Source: an uncultured Acidobacteriia bacterium
Lineage (GTDB): Bacteria; Acidobacteriota; Terriglobia; Bryobacterales; Bryobacteraceae
Direction: 5' to 3'
Length of the DNA stretch: 64,000 nucleotides
Assembly (NCBI GenBank): GCA_903882645.1
Contig: CAIRXZ010000148.1
Location: forward strand, 6,554 to 70,553
The stretch's first letter is position 1. Each line of letters starts with the position of its first letter. Made by a program: the position numbers and the translations under genes. Positions 9,519-17,296 of the stretch are shown one piece after another. The notes under the pieces are model-generated. The model did no database searches and was not told where the DNA came from. It saw only the letters and a list, made by a program, of their open reading frames with translations.

Positions 9519-10093
9519 AGCTTCTCCAGAAACAGCGCGTGCACGCGCGAATCGGCGGTCAGTTCCGGGTGGAAGGTGGCCGCAAGATGCGCGCCCTGCT
9601 CGACCAGCACGGGGTCGCCCGCGTACCACGCCAGGACCGTCGCGCCGCGGCCCACGCTCCGGATCACGGGCGCGCGGATGAACACGGCTTCGAGCCTGCC
9701 GGGCGCGGTGCGCCGCTCGAACTCGGGGGCCGGGTCGAGCGGGGCGATGCGGCTATCCACCTGCCGGCCGTAGGCGTTCCGCTCGACTTCGATATCCATC
9801 AGCGAGAGGCTCTCCTGCTCCGGGCTCAGAACGCGAGTGGCGAGCAGGATGGCGCCGGCGCAGGTCCCGAAAATGGGCCTGGCGCGGCCGAACTCGACGA
9901 GCGCATCCAGAAGGCCGTCTTCGCGGAGGAGCTTGAGCATGGTGGTGCTTTCGCCGCCGGGGATGACCAGGCCGTCGATGGCGGCGAACTGCTCGCGCTC
10001 GCGCACGAAGACCGCCGCGGCGCCGGCGCGTTCCAGAGCCGCGCCGTGCGCCGCGAAATCTCCCTGCAAGGCGAGGATTCCGACCCGCTTCAT
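9515..10093 (-). CDS. pdxT: Pyridoxal 5'-phosphate synthase glutaminase subunit
   Basis: Inner ATG at 10093 ([13 protein letters not shown]). GTCAG nucleophile context and HPEL C-terminal motif. ATGA overlap with the pdxS stop. Confidence 0.92.
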   Translation of the reverse strand: MKRVGILALQGDFAAHGAALERAGAAAVFVREREQFAAIDGLVIPGGESTTMLKLLREDGLLDALVEFGRARPIFGTCAGAILLATRVLSPEQESLSLMDIEVERNAYGRQVDSRIAPLDPAPEFERRTAPGRLEAVFIRAPVIRSVGRGATVLAWYAGDPVLVEQGAHLAATFHPELTADSRVHALFLEKL

Positions 10094-10983
10094 CACCAGC
10101 CCCGGGTTTGCAGCAACTCCGATTCGGGCAGCTTGGCGATGTCCAACCCCGGCATGGCGTCGCCCAGCGCGCGGCTGGCGTCGAGCAATTTCTGAGGGTT
10201 GTCGAAATTCTTGGCCGCCAGTACGATGGCGTTGGCGCGCGCGACCGGGTCGGAGGATTTGAAGATTCCGGAACCGACGAACACCGCCTCGGCGCCGAGT
10301 TGCATGACCAGCGCCGCGTCGGCCGGGGTGGCGATGCCGCCGGCGGAGAAGTTCGGGACCGGCAGCTTGCCGTTTTGGGCGACCCACTCGACCAGGTCGA
10401 GGGGAGCCCCGAGGTTCTTGGCCTGATGCACCAGCTCTTCCTTTCCGAGCACGGTGAGCTGCTTCATCTCCTTAACTATGGTACGGATGTGGCGCACGGC
10501 CTCGACGATGTTCCCGGACCCGGCCTCGCCCTTGGTGCGGATCATGGCGGCGCCTTCGGCGATGCGGCGGAGCGCTTCGCCCAGGTTGCGCGCGCCGCAG
10601 ACGAACGGAACCGTGAAGCCGGTCTTATCGATGTGGTGCTCTTCGTCGGCGGGCGTCAGGACTTCGCTTTCGTCGATGAAGTCCACCTTGAGGATTTCCA
10701 GGATGCGCGCCTCCATGAAATGGCCGATGCGCGCTTTGGCCATGACCGGGATGTGGACCGTCTTCATGATCTCTTCGATCCTGGCGATGCTGGCCATGCG
10801 GGCGACGCCGCCTTCCTTGCGGATATCGGCCGGCACGCGCTCGAGCGCCATGACGGCCGAAGCGCCGGCATCTTCGGCGATCTTAGCCTGTTCGGCGTTG
10901 GTGACGTCCATGATGACGCCGCCCTTCAGCATCTCCGCGAGACCGACTTTCAACCGGAACTGCTCGTCTGAAAACTGAAACAT
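10093..10983 (-). CDS. pdxS: Pyridoxal 5'-phosphate synthase lyase subunit
   Basis: Inner ATG at 10983. Highly conserved PdxS sequence ([45 protein letters not shown]). Confidence 0.95.
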   Translation of the reverse strand: MFQFSDEQFRLKVGLAEMLKGGVIMDVTNAEQAKIAEDAGASAVMALERVPADIRKEGGVARMASIARIEEIMKTVHIPVMAKARIGHFMEARILEILKVDFIDESEVLTPADEEHHIDKTGFTVPFVCGARNLGEALRRIAEGAAMIRTKGEAGSGNIVEAVRHIRTIVKEMKQLTVLGKEELVHQAKNLGAPLDLVEWVAQNGKLPVPNFSAGGIATPADAALVMQLGAEAVFVGSGIFKSSDPVARANAIVLAAKNFDNPQKLLDASRALGDAMPGLDIAKLPESELLQTRGW

Positions 10984-11071
10984 TGCGTTCTCCTCAAAAT
11001 CGCATCGGGCAGGCCGGGAGGCCTGCCCCACCACTGAAACACTGCGCTTCTCAAATAACCTTCAACTTCTC

Positions 11072-11095
11072 GGGCCGGGCATGCCCGGCCCCTAC
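11072..11095 (+). repeat. REP-like palindrome ending in CTAC
   Basis: gggccgggcatgcccggcccctac is identical to 24851..24874. A 20-nt perfect palindrome plus a CTAC tetranucleotide. Confidence 0.85.
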
Positions 11096-11122
11096 GGGCG
11101 AGGCGTCGCGCCGCCCCACGCA

Positions 11123-12610
11123 TTACACTAATGCGGGCGCGGGATCGAAACTGCGCCGGGAGTCCTCCAGCCCTGCTTCGACGATCCGGCCCAGCGCCCG
11201 AAGACCCGTGCGGATCTCGTCGGGCGCCAGGCCCGCAAAACTCAACCGCAAGGCGCCCGGCTCGGGGCGCGACACCGCGAAGTAGCGGCCCGGCACGTAC
11301 GCGACGCCTTCCTTGCGGGCGCGGGGCAGGAGCTCGCCCGCGTCGAGCGGCTCCGGCAGACGAACCCAAACGTTCATCCCCCCTTCCGGCTGCGTCCAGC
11401 GCGCGGCCGCGGGCAGATACCGGCGGCACGCGTCGAGCGTGGCGGCGAGGCGCTCGGCGCCGGCGCGCAGCACGCGCTGGCGGTGAGCTTCCAGGCGGCC
11501 CGAGATCGAGAATTCCAGGAGGACGGCCTGGGAAAGCTGGTCGGTGTGCAGGTCCGACGCCTCCTTGGCGTGGCGGAGGCGATCGATTAGCGGCTTCGGC
11601 CCGACCGCCCAGCCCACCCGGAGGCCGGGGAAACTCACCTTGGAGAAACTGCGCACCAGGACCGTGCTCCCGCTGTCGTCCAATTCCTTGATGGCGGGCA
11701 GCGGCTCGCCGTGGTACCGAAGCTCGCCATAGGAATCGTTCTCCACCACGGGAACGCCGGCCGAGCGCGCCATGTCGAGAAGCGCGCGGCGCGCGGCCAG
11801 GGGCAGAGTGGCGCCGGTGGGGTTCTGAAAGTTCGAAGTCACCACGATGAAGCGCGGCTTTTCGCGGCTGAGCGCGCGCTCCAGCCGATCCGTATCTAGC
11901 CCGTCGGGACCGACGGGAATTCCCACGAGCTGAGCGCCCATGCCGGCGAGCAGGTTCTTCAGGCCGGTGTACACGGGGTCCTCGACCACCACCCGGTCTC
12001 CCGGCCGGAGCAGCACGCGGCCGACGAGGTCGAGCGCCTGCTGGCAGCCGTTGGTAACGATGAGGTCGTCGCCGGGGCCGGCGAGGCGCTGGCGGCGGGC
12101 CTCGTCGAGAAGCCGGCGGCGCAACGGCTCATAGCCGCTGGGCGATCCGAGCTGGAGGATATCGGCGAGGTCGGAGCGGGCCAGAACCGCGGCGCAGCTC
12201 GCGCGAAAGTCGTCGAGCGGAAACAGCTCGCGCGAAGGGCGCGACATCACGAAGCTAATAAGCTCCCCGGCGGGCCCAAAGGGGGCACCGCCGGCAGGCC
12301 CGGAAGCCTCTTGGCCGGCGTGCCCGAGCAGGGCGGTCCAGTCGGTTCCGGCGCCGGTTGTGGAGCCGTTGCCCGTCACGAAGCTACCGCGCCCGACGTG
12401 ACCGGCGATCAAGCCCTCGGATTCCAGGATTTCGTAGGCGGCTGCGATGGTGGTCCGGTTCAGTCCAAGCAGGCCAGCCAATTCCCGAGTGGCTGGCATG
12501 CGTTCTCCTCGCCCCAGCTCGCCGGAACGAATCCTTGAGGCAAATTGCTCATAGACTTGCCGGTATAGTGGCGCTTCGGAACTCTGGTCGAGGCTGGGGG
12601 TGAACTCCAT
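11123..12610 (-). CDS. MocR-family (GntR HTH + PLP aminotransferase-fold) regulator, possible PdxR
   Basis: Inner ATG at 12610. N-terminal GntR wHTH (PLYRQVYEQFASRIRSGEL...PATRELAGLLGLNRTT) and a C-terminal fold-type-I aminotransferase domain with SFSK lysine. Lies directly upstream of pdxST. Confidence 0.8.
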   Translation of the reverse strand: MEFTPSLDQSSEAPLYRQVYEQFASRIRSGELGRGERMPATRELAGLLGLNRTTIAAAYEILESEGLIAGHVGRGSFVTGNGSTTGAGTDWTALLGHAGQEASGPAGGAPFGPAGELISFVMSRPSRELFPLDDFRASCAAVLARSDLADILQLGSPSGYEPLRRRLLDEARRQRLAGPGDDLIVTNGCQQALDLVGRVLLRPGDRVVVEDPVYTGLKNLLAGMGAQLVGIPVGPDGLDTDRLERALSREKPRFIVVTSNFQNPTGATLPLAARRALLDMARSAGVPVVENDSYGELRYHGEPLPAIKELDDSGSTVLVRSFSKVSFPGLRVGWAVGPKPLIDRLRHAKEASDLHTDQLSQAVLLEFSISGRLEAHRQRVLRAGAERLAATLDACRRYLPAAARWTQPEGGMNVWVRLPEPLDAGELLPRARKEGVAYVPGRYFAVSRPEPGALRLSFAGLAPDEIRTGLRALGRIVEAGLEDSRRSFDPAPALV

Positions 12611-12638
12611 CCATCCATACCATACCACAAGGAAGAGA

Positions 12639-12672
12639 GCCATCAGCGTCAAGCCATCAGCCTTCAGCTTGG
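12639..12672 (+). repeat. CAGC-rich repeat family (…CATCAGCCTTCAGCTTGG)
   Basis: Shares the catcagc/ttcagc units with 12855, 15525, 17196 and 29487. Confidence 0.7.
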
Positions 12673-12854
12673 AAGTGTGCGGAAACGGGATTGGGTTCGT
12701 TCCGCAGTTTCGGCGATTCCGAGGGCTGGGAGCTTGGGGAAGACGGCTCCTCAGGGCCGCTCGCGGAGCGATCACGCGGTGGATCGGACCCATTTTCGCA
12801 GAGGTGAAGGGCTTCGCTTTCTTGAGGTTAGGTACGAAAGTGGGTTCGTTCGGT

Positions 12855-12893
12855 AAAAAGCTGTCAGCCATCAGGCTTGAGCCTTCAGGCTGA
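12855..12893 (+). repeat. AAAAAGCTGTCAGC repeat family copy
   Basis: aaaaagctgtcagccatcaggcttgagccttcaggctga has the same 5' 15-mer as 17196..17234. Confidence 0.8.
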
Positions 12894-13100
12894 GAGCGCC
12901 CGGGGGCGCGTGCGCGGATTCGAGATTGCGGCTTTGAGGACATGGCTCCCTACTCCAGGATAGAACCGGGGTGTGCGGGGGATATAGTCAAGTGCTTTGT
13001 TTTGAGAGTGAAATTGGTTGTGAACGGGTTTTTCGGGGTGCCACATTTCAGCGGACAACGGGGGAGCAACGGCATACAATCGTAGAGATTCATCGCGATT

Positions 13101-13348
13101 ATGGCCAAGAAGCAGAAGCCGGCGAGCGCGCCCGCGGACGACGCACTGAAGAACGTCAGCGACTACCGTTTCCCGGAGGCGACGCGGAAGAACCGCCCGC
13201 CAAGATCGCAGCCGAAGGCTACGTTCCGCTGGTCCCGAAGGCCGAGTATTTGTACAGTCCGCGGCACCCGCCGGGGCTCCGGTTCGATCCGTCGGGCAGC
13301 GCCGATGAATTGGGTATTTCCAGAGGGCGACAACATTCAACCACGTAG
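13101..13348 (+). pseudogene. Frameshifted N-terminal remnant of a DNA methyltransferase (type III/N6-N4 methylase-like)
   Basis: Frame 1 reads MAKKQKPASAPADDALKNVSDYRFPEATRKNRPP. After a 1-nt shift the next frame reads KIAAEGYVPLVPKAEYLYSPRHPPGLRFDPSGSADEL. Joined, this follows the Y-R-H-x-E/A-T-R-K-N-x-P-P...Y-x-Y-D-P-H-L-D-P-Q-L N-terminal pattern I recall from such methylases. No catalytic domain follows, and the reading ends at a repeat. Confidence 0.5.
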
Positions 13349-13411
13349 CCGGGCTGCCGCCCGGCTGATGACGCCAGAAGGCGTCACCGCGGGCCGGAAG
13401 GCCCAGCCCCA
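13349..13411 (+). repeat. 63-nt triple-hairpin repeat (copy a)
   Basis: 58 of 63 nt identical to 34223..34285. Three consecutive stem-loops: ccgggc/gcccgg, tgacgcc/ggcgtca, gggcc/ggccc. Confidence 0.9.
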
Positions 13412-13447
13412 TGTGGGAGACCCCTGAAAGCAAACCAAATTTAGCCC

Positions 13448-13492
13448 TTGACAAATAATTGCAAATTGCAATATTATAATCACAGATTGCGA
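13448..13492 (+). promoter_or_regulatory. Sigma70-like promoter with ATTGCAA operator-like repeats
   Basis: TTGACA 13448-13453, then an 18-nt spacer, then TATTAT 13472-13477 (TATAAT 13475-13480 is the alternative). Tandem ATTGCAA ATTGCAA at 13458-13471 fills the spacer, and ATTGCGA at 13486-13492 lies 21 nt downstream. This is an AT-rich island in GC-rich DNA, ~150 nt upstream of the PspA module. Confidence 0.45.
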
Positions 13493-13634
13493 TATGCTGA
13501 ATGACGCCCAGTCAACGACGTTTCACGGACCGCATGGTATCGTAATCGAGGCGAGCGACGCGCCGCCGTGGCGGCCGGACGGGGGAACTTCCAGCCGGCG
13601 GAACGCGTACCCAAAAGGAGTACACTCCAAACCT

Positions 13635-14054
13635 ATGACAGACACAACCAGCCCGCAACTGGGGCAAATTCACGCCCTCTTGGCGGAGGCCGGCTACGAG
13701 GTCTCCGAATCGGGGCAAGATACACTGAGAATCCGGGAGGTGCAAAGCGGGGTCGCCATCCAGGCGGTGCTGCAGGGCGAGATCATGTTCTTCTCGCTCA
13801 CGTGCACGGTCGTGCCGCGCGCCGCCATCACTCCCGCGATCATGGAGGCGATGCTGGCGGCCGACAACGGCATCTCGACTTCGCACTTCCAAATCTACGA
13901 CGCCGGCGGCGGCAACGTGGCCGTGACGTTGAACAATTTCTGCAAGCTTCAGGAGATGGGCCCGGACGATGAGGACGATATCCTTTCGTGCGTCCATTTT
14001 CTGATGGTGGACGTGATGAGCGCGCGGCGCCTTGTGGGCGGCCTCGAACAGTAA
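13635..14054 (+). CDS. Small cytosolic YjfI/YbjN-like protein (PspA-associated)
   Basis: Inner ATG at 13635 (MTDTTSPQL...). 139-aa acidic protein. Its position directly upstream of PspA mirrors E. coli yjfI-yjfJ. The family assignment rests on resemblance only. Confidence 0.45.
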   Translation: MTDTTSPQLGQIHALLAEAGYEVSESGQDTLRIREVQSGVAIQAVLQGEIMFFSLTCTVVPRAAITPAIMEAMLAADNGISTSHFQIYDAGGGNVAVTLNNFCKLQEMGPDDEDDILSCVHFLMVDVMSARRLVGGLEQ

Positions 14055-14069
14055 CGGAGGACAACGAAC

Positions 14070-14864
14070 ATGGGATTTCTATCCGATATTTTCAGCCGCA
14101 CCGGCCGCGTGGTCCGCGGACAGGCCAATCAGGGCGTGGACGCCCTCGAGGACGCCACCTTCGAAGCCACGGTAAAGCAGACCGTGGCCGACATGAAGAC
14201 CGAGTTGAACAACGTGGTCCGGGCTTCGGCCGTGGCCATGAGCAACTACAACCAACTGGACGCCGAATACCAGAAGTACGTCCGCCAGTCGCAGGAGTGG
14301 AAGGACCGCGCCGGAATGGCGCTCGACGCGGGCAACGAGGACCTGGCGCGCAAGGCGCTGGCGAAGAAGTCCGAGTGCGACCGCCAGGTGGCTTCCATGC
14401 AGCAAGCGGTCGAGGCGGCCCAGCAGACCAGCGAAAAGCTCAAGCAGCAGGTGGCCGATCTCAAGCGCAAGATCGAGGAAGGCGAGCGCACCGCCACCAC
14501 TCTGGTGGCGCGGAAGAACGCGGCCGTGGCGCAGCGGAAAGTCTCCGAGGCCATGGCGGGAGTGGGCAGCGCCGATAACGCGTTCGCCGCGCTCAACCGA
14601 TTCGAGGACACGGTCTCCAAGGAAGAGGCCACGGCCAAGGCCTTCGACCAACTCGCCAACGCCGGGAAGGACGACGACCTCGAGGCGCAGTTCGCCCAGA
14701 TCGGCGCTCACAGCGTGGACGCGGATCTCGAAGCGCTCAAGCTGGAGCGCAAGGGCGGCGCGCTCGAAAAGACGCCGCAGCCGCCTCCGCCGTACCTGCC
14801 CAAGGAGCTTGCGCCGGGCGCGCCCGTTCCGGCGGCGCGGGAAGCCGAGAAGGCGAAGGCGTAA
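14070..14864 (+). CDS. PspA/IM30 family protein
   Basis: MGFLSDIFSR... N-terminus with long heptad-rich helices (NYNQLDAEYQKYVRQSQEWKDRAGMAL, LARKALAKK) typical of PspA/Vipp1/YjfJ. GGAGGA SD 9 nt upstream. Confidence 0.88.
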   Translation: MGFLSDIFSRTGRVVRGQANQGVDALEDATFEATVKQTVADMKTELNNVVRASAVAMSNYNQLDAEYQKYVRQSQEWKDRAGMALDAGNEDLARKALAKKSECDRQVASMQQAVEAAQQTSEKLKQQVADLKRKIEEGERTATTLVARKNAAVAQRKVSEAMAGVGSADNAFAALNRFEDTVSKEEATAKAFDQLANAGKDDDLEAQFAQIGAHSVDADLEALKLERKGGALEKTPQPPPPYLPKELAPGAPVPAAREAEKAKA

Positions 14865-14870
14865 CGCCGC

Positions 14871-15521
14871 ATGATTACGCTCACGTTGGTGGTCATTCTT
14901 GGCGTATTGCTGGTGATTGTGCTGATGCAACTTTTCAAGCAGCCGGACGTTCCGGCGCCGCGCCGGTACGCGGCGAAGCCGCAGCCGCAGCAGGACCTAG
15001 CGAACCTGAAGGTCTCGGACGCCCTCCCCGGAGACGTGCTCTCGATCTCCGGGGCGGGCGACAACATGAGCGACCTGGATTTCACGGCCGACCGCCTGAC
15101 CCACGTCGAAGCCGGCGCGCGCCGCTGGTTCGAGCTGGCCGGTCCCTACCGGGAACGCCGCGTGGCGTTGCGGGTGGCCGGCGACGAGGAAATCGAGGTG
15201 GCGCTCCACTCCGACGCGCGCAAGATCACGCTCGAGGACCTGGGGCTGTCCGAAGACGATTTGGCGCAGATGGACGAGCGGCAGAACACCGCCGATTCGT
15301 TCGAATTCGACGGCAAGGTCTGGCTCTACCGCCTCAGCCGCGAAGCGCGTTCCTGGCGCGACGACGGCCAGCGGCCCGCGGGTTTCTACTACTGGGAATT
15401 CCAGGAGGAAGGCGGCAGCCGACTGATCGCCGTTCGCAAGGCCGAAGGCGAGCCTTTCACGGTCACCCTCTACGCCGGGATTCCGGCGGGCGACGTGACG
15501 GTTTACCGGGGCGGGAGGTAG
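14871..15521 (+). CDS. DUF4178-like protein with N-terminal TM anchor
   Basis: Starts 6 nt after PspA. One TM helix is followed by two beta-rich halves (RRWFELAG...; FYYWEFQEEGGSRLIAVRKAEGEPFTVTLYAG) resembling DUF4178. Confidence 0.55.
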   Translation: MITLTLVVILGVLLVIVLMQLFKQPDVPAPRRYAAKPQPQQDLANLKVSDALPGDVLSISGAGDNMSDLDFTADRLTHVEAGARRWFELAGPYRERRVALRVAGDEEIEVALHSDARKITLEDLGLSEDDLAQMDERQNTADSFEFDGKVWLYRLSREARSWRDDGQRPAGFYYWEFQEEGGSRLIAVRKAEGEPFTVTLYAGIPAGDVTVYRGGR

Positions 15522-15524
15522 GAA

Positions 15525-15549
15525 GAAAGCCTTCAGCCATCAGCTTTGG
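15525..15549 (+). repeat. CAGC-rich repeat family copy
   Basis: gaaagccttcagccatcagctttgg. Confidence 0.65.
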
Positions 15550-15608
15550 CGGCGCCGCTTCGCGGCATGCCGCTGGGGTTGGCTGAAGGCCCGGTGTGCT
15601 AATGGGCA

Positions 15609-15633
15609 GGGGTCGGGCATGCCCGACCCCTAC
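15609..15633 (+). repeat. REP-like palindrome ending in CTAC
   Basis: ggggtcgggcatgcccgacccctac is a variant of the 11072 and 24851 element. Confidence 0.8.
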
Positions 15634-15658
15634 GGGGTCCCCATAGGAGTCGGTTTTT

Positions 15659-17194
15659 ATGAGCAGATCCGGTTTGAAGTTTCTCGCAGTCGTTCTTTCT
15701 CTCTCGATTGTGGCGGTGCTGTTTGCCCGGCTCGACAATCTGCCGCGCAGCCTGCGCAAGCAGGTCGATGGCGAGCGCGCCGCGCTGGTTGGAGCGCGCA
15801 GCCAGGTCCAGTCCGCGCGGGACGAGGTCAACCGAGATCTCCAGTCGGAAGCCGTCTTGTTCCACAGCATTCCCTCGACGCGGCAGTGGCCGGACCGCTT
15901 CACCAAGTCGGACGGCCTGCTGCAATCCGCGGCGCGCGACATGGACGAGCTCGTGCGCCTCGAGAAGCAGGACCGCCGGAAGGACCGGCAGCGCGTCGAA
16001 TCTCTGCTCTCCGAGGAGCGCGGCGCGCGCGCCAACGCGGTGGCGGAAGCCTCCGGCGTCCATACAGAGGCTGCGCACTGGATCGACCTCAAGCAACATC
16101 TGCCCGAAACGCTTCAGGAGATGGAACGCGACCACGGCGTCATCCACGATTACGATTTCGCCTCCGTTAGCGCGGCGGTACAGAAAGCCGAAACCGATTG
16201 GCCCGAAAAGAAGGCCGATCTCGACGCGCGTCTGGCGGCGGACCGCGATCTGGTCTCCGAGAGCGACCGCCTTTGGGAATCCACCGCCGGCGCGCGCCGC
16301 CAGGCCGCGTCCGGCAATCCGGCCAACCTGGATTATGGGACTTTGCTCGGCGCGGCTGACCGGTTGAAATCGTCCGCCGCCGAATTGCCCGCCAAAGCCG
16401 GCGAACTGCAATCGCTGAGCGGCCAATTGTACACGTCGTGGGACAAGCTGCTGGTCGATATGGAAACCCGCGGGATCGGGACCTCAAAGGAATACGACCA
16501 GAAGATCCGCACCGTGAAGACGCGCGTCGCGGACGCCGCGGCCAAGGGCGGGGAGACCTCATCGGAAGACCGCTGGGGGCCAGTGCCACGCCCGACATAC
16601 GAGGCCATGGAGAAGGACCTCGGCATGGCCATCGAGCACAAGCCGGCCGGGAAATACGATTCCGAGTCCGAGCGTATGGCGCAACCGGCGGGGTTCGCCT
16701 ACATGGCGCCGCCGGGCCAAGGATCGAATCAGTACGGCTACTGGGAGCATCGCGACGGCCGCGATTTCTGGGTTTTCTACGGCCAATACGCGCTGATGCG
16801 GGACCTGCTCTTCAACCACGATTACCGGCCGCTCGACCGCGGCGAGTGGGATGGATACCGCAACTCCCGAAGCCGCGGCCAGACCTATTACGGCAACGAT
16901 TCAGGCGGACAAAAATACGGCACCGGGAGCGCGGCTACGCAGCAACGCTACTCCGGCAGTTCCTACGCCCAAAGCGGAGGCTTCCGCGATTCGAGATTCG
17001 CGAGCAAGAGCGGTTCCTACGGCGGCTCGCAGTATGCGACGCCCTCGCCGCGCGAACCCGGGGGCAGCGCGCCGAAGACCTTCGGCCGCAACAGTTCGCC
17101 GGCGCCGCCGCCGGCGCGCAGTTTTCACCCGGCCCCCGCGCCGAGGTCGTTCCACATGCCCAGCGGCGCGGGGCGGAGATTCGGCAGACACTGA
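15659..17194 (+). CDS. Membrane-anchored coiled-coil protein with Gly/Ser/Tyr-rich tail, unknown function
   Basis: AGGAG SD, N-terminal TM helix and ~280 aa of charged helical sequence. Then a conserved-looking core (YGYWEHRDGRDFWVFYGQYALMRDLLFNHDY) and a low-complexity G/S/Y/R tail. Confidence 0.6.
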   Translation: MSRSGLKFLAVVLSLSIVAVLFARLDNLPRSLRKQVDGERAALVGARSQVQSARDEVNRDLQSEAVLFHSIPSTRQWPDRFTKSDGLLQSAARDMDELVRLEKQDRRKDRQRVESLLSEERGARANAVAEASGVHTEAAHWIDLKQHLPETLQEMERDHGVIHDYDFASVSAAVQKAETDWPEKKADLDARLAADRDLVSESDRLWESTAGARRQAASGNPANLDYGTLLGAADRLKSSAAELPAKAGELQSLSGQLYTSWDKLLVDMETRGIGTSKEYDQKIRTVKTRVADAAAKGGETSSEDRWGPVPRPTYEAMEKDLGMAIEHKPAGKYDSESERMAQPAGFAYMAPPGQGSNQYGYWEHRDGRDFWVFYGQYALMRDLLFNHDYRPLDRGEWDGYRNSRSRGQTYYGNDSGGQKYGTGSAATQQRYSGSSYAQSGGFRDSRFASKSGSYGGSQYATPSPREPGGSAPKTFGRNSSPAPPPARSFHPAPAPRSFHMPSGAGRRFGRH

Positions 17195-17195
17195 G

Positions 17196-17234
17196 AAAAA
17201 GCTGTCAGCTTTCAGCAATCAGCTTTCAGCTTGG
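17196..17234 (+). repeat. AAAAAGCTGTCAGC repeat family copy
   Basis: aaaaagctgtcagctttcagcaatcagctttcagcttgg. Confidence 0.8.
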
Positions 17235-17262
17235 CGGCTCGCGGCTTCGCGGCCGCGCAACT

Positions 17263-17292
17263 CAAGAAGGCAGACCGGGAGGTCCGCCCCAC
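17263..17292 (+). repeat. Hairpin-GCCCCAC repeat
   Basis: caagaaggcagaccgggaggtccgccccac is an identical 30-mer to 37906..37935. Confidence 0.9.
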
Positions 17293-17296
17293 TGGC

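Noticed and set aside
12885-13454. 189-aa minus-strand ORF and the 108-aa plus-strand ORF 13101..13427 in the 12.6-13.6 kb gap.
   Set aside because: Both are read through dispersed repeats (the peptide DAFWRHQPGG recurs at the 34.2 kb repeat copy). Only the first ~35 codons of 13101.. look genuine, and these are treated as part of a frameshifted methylase remnant.
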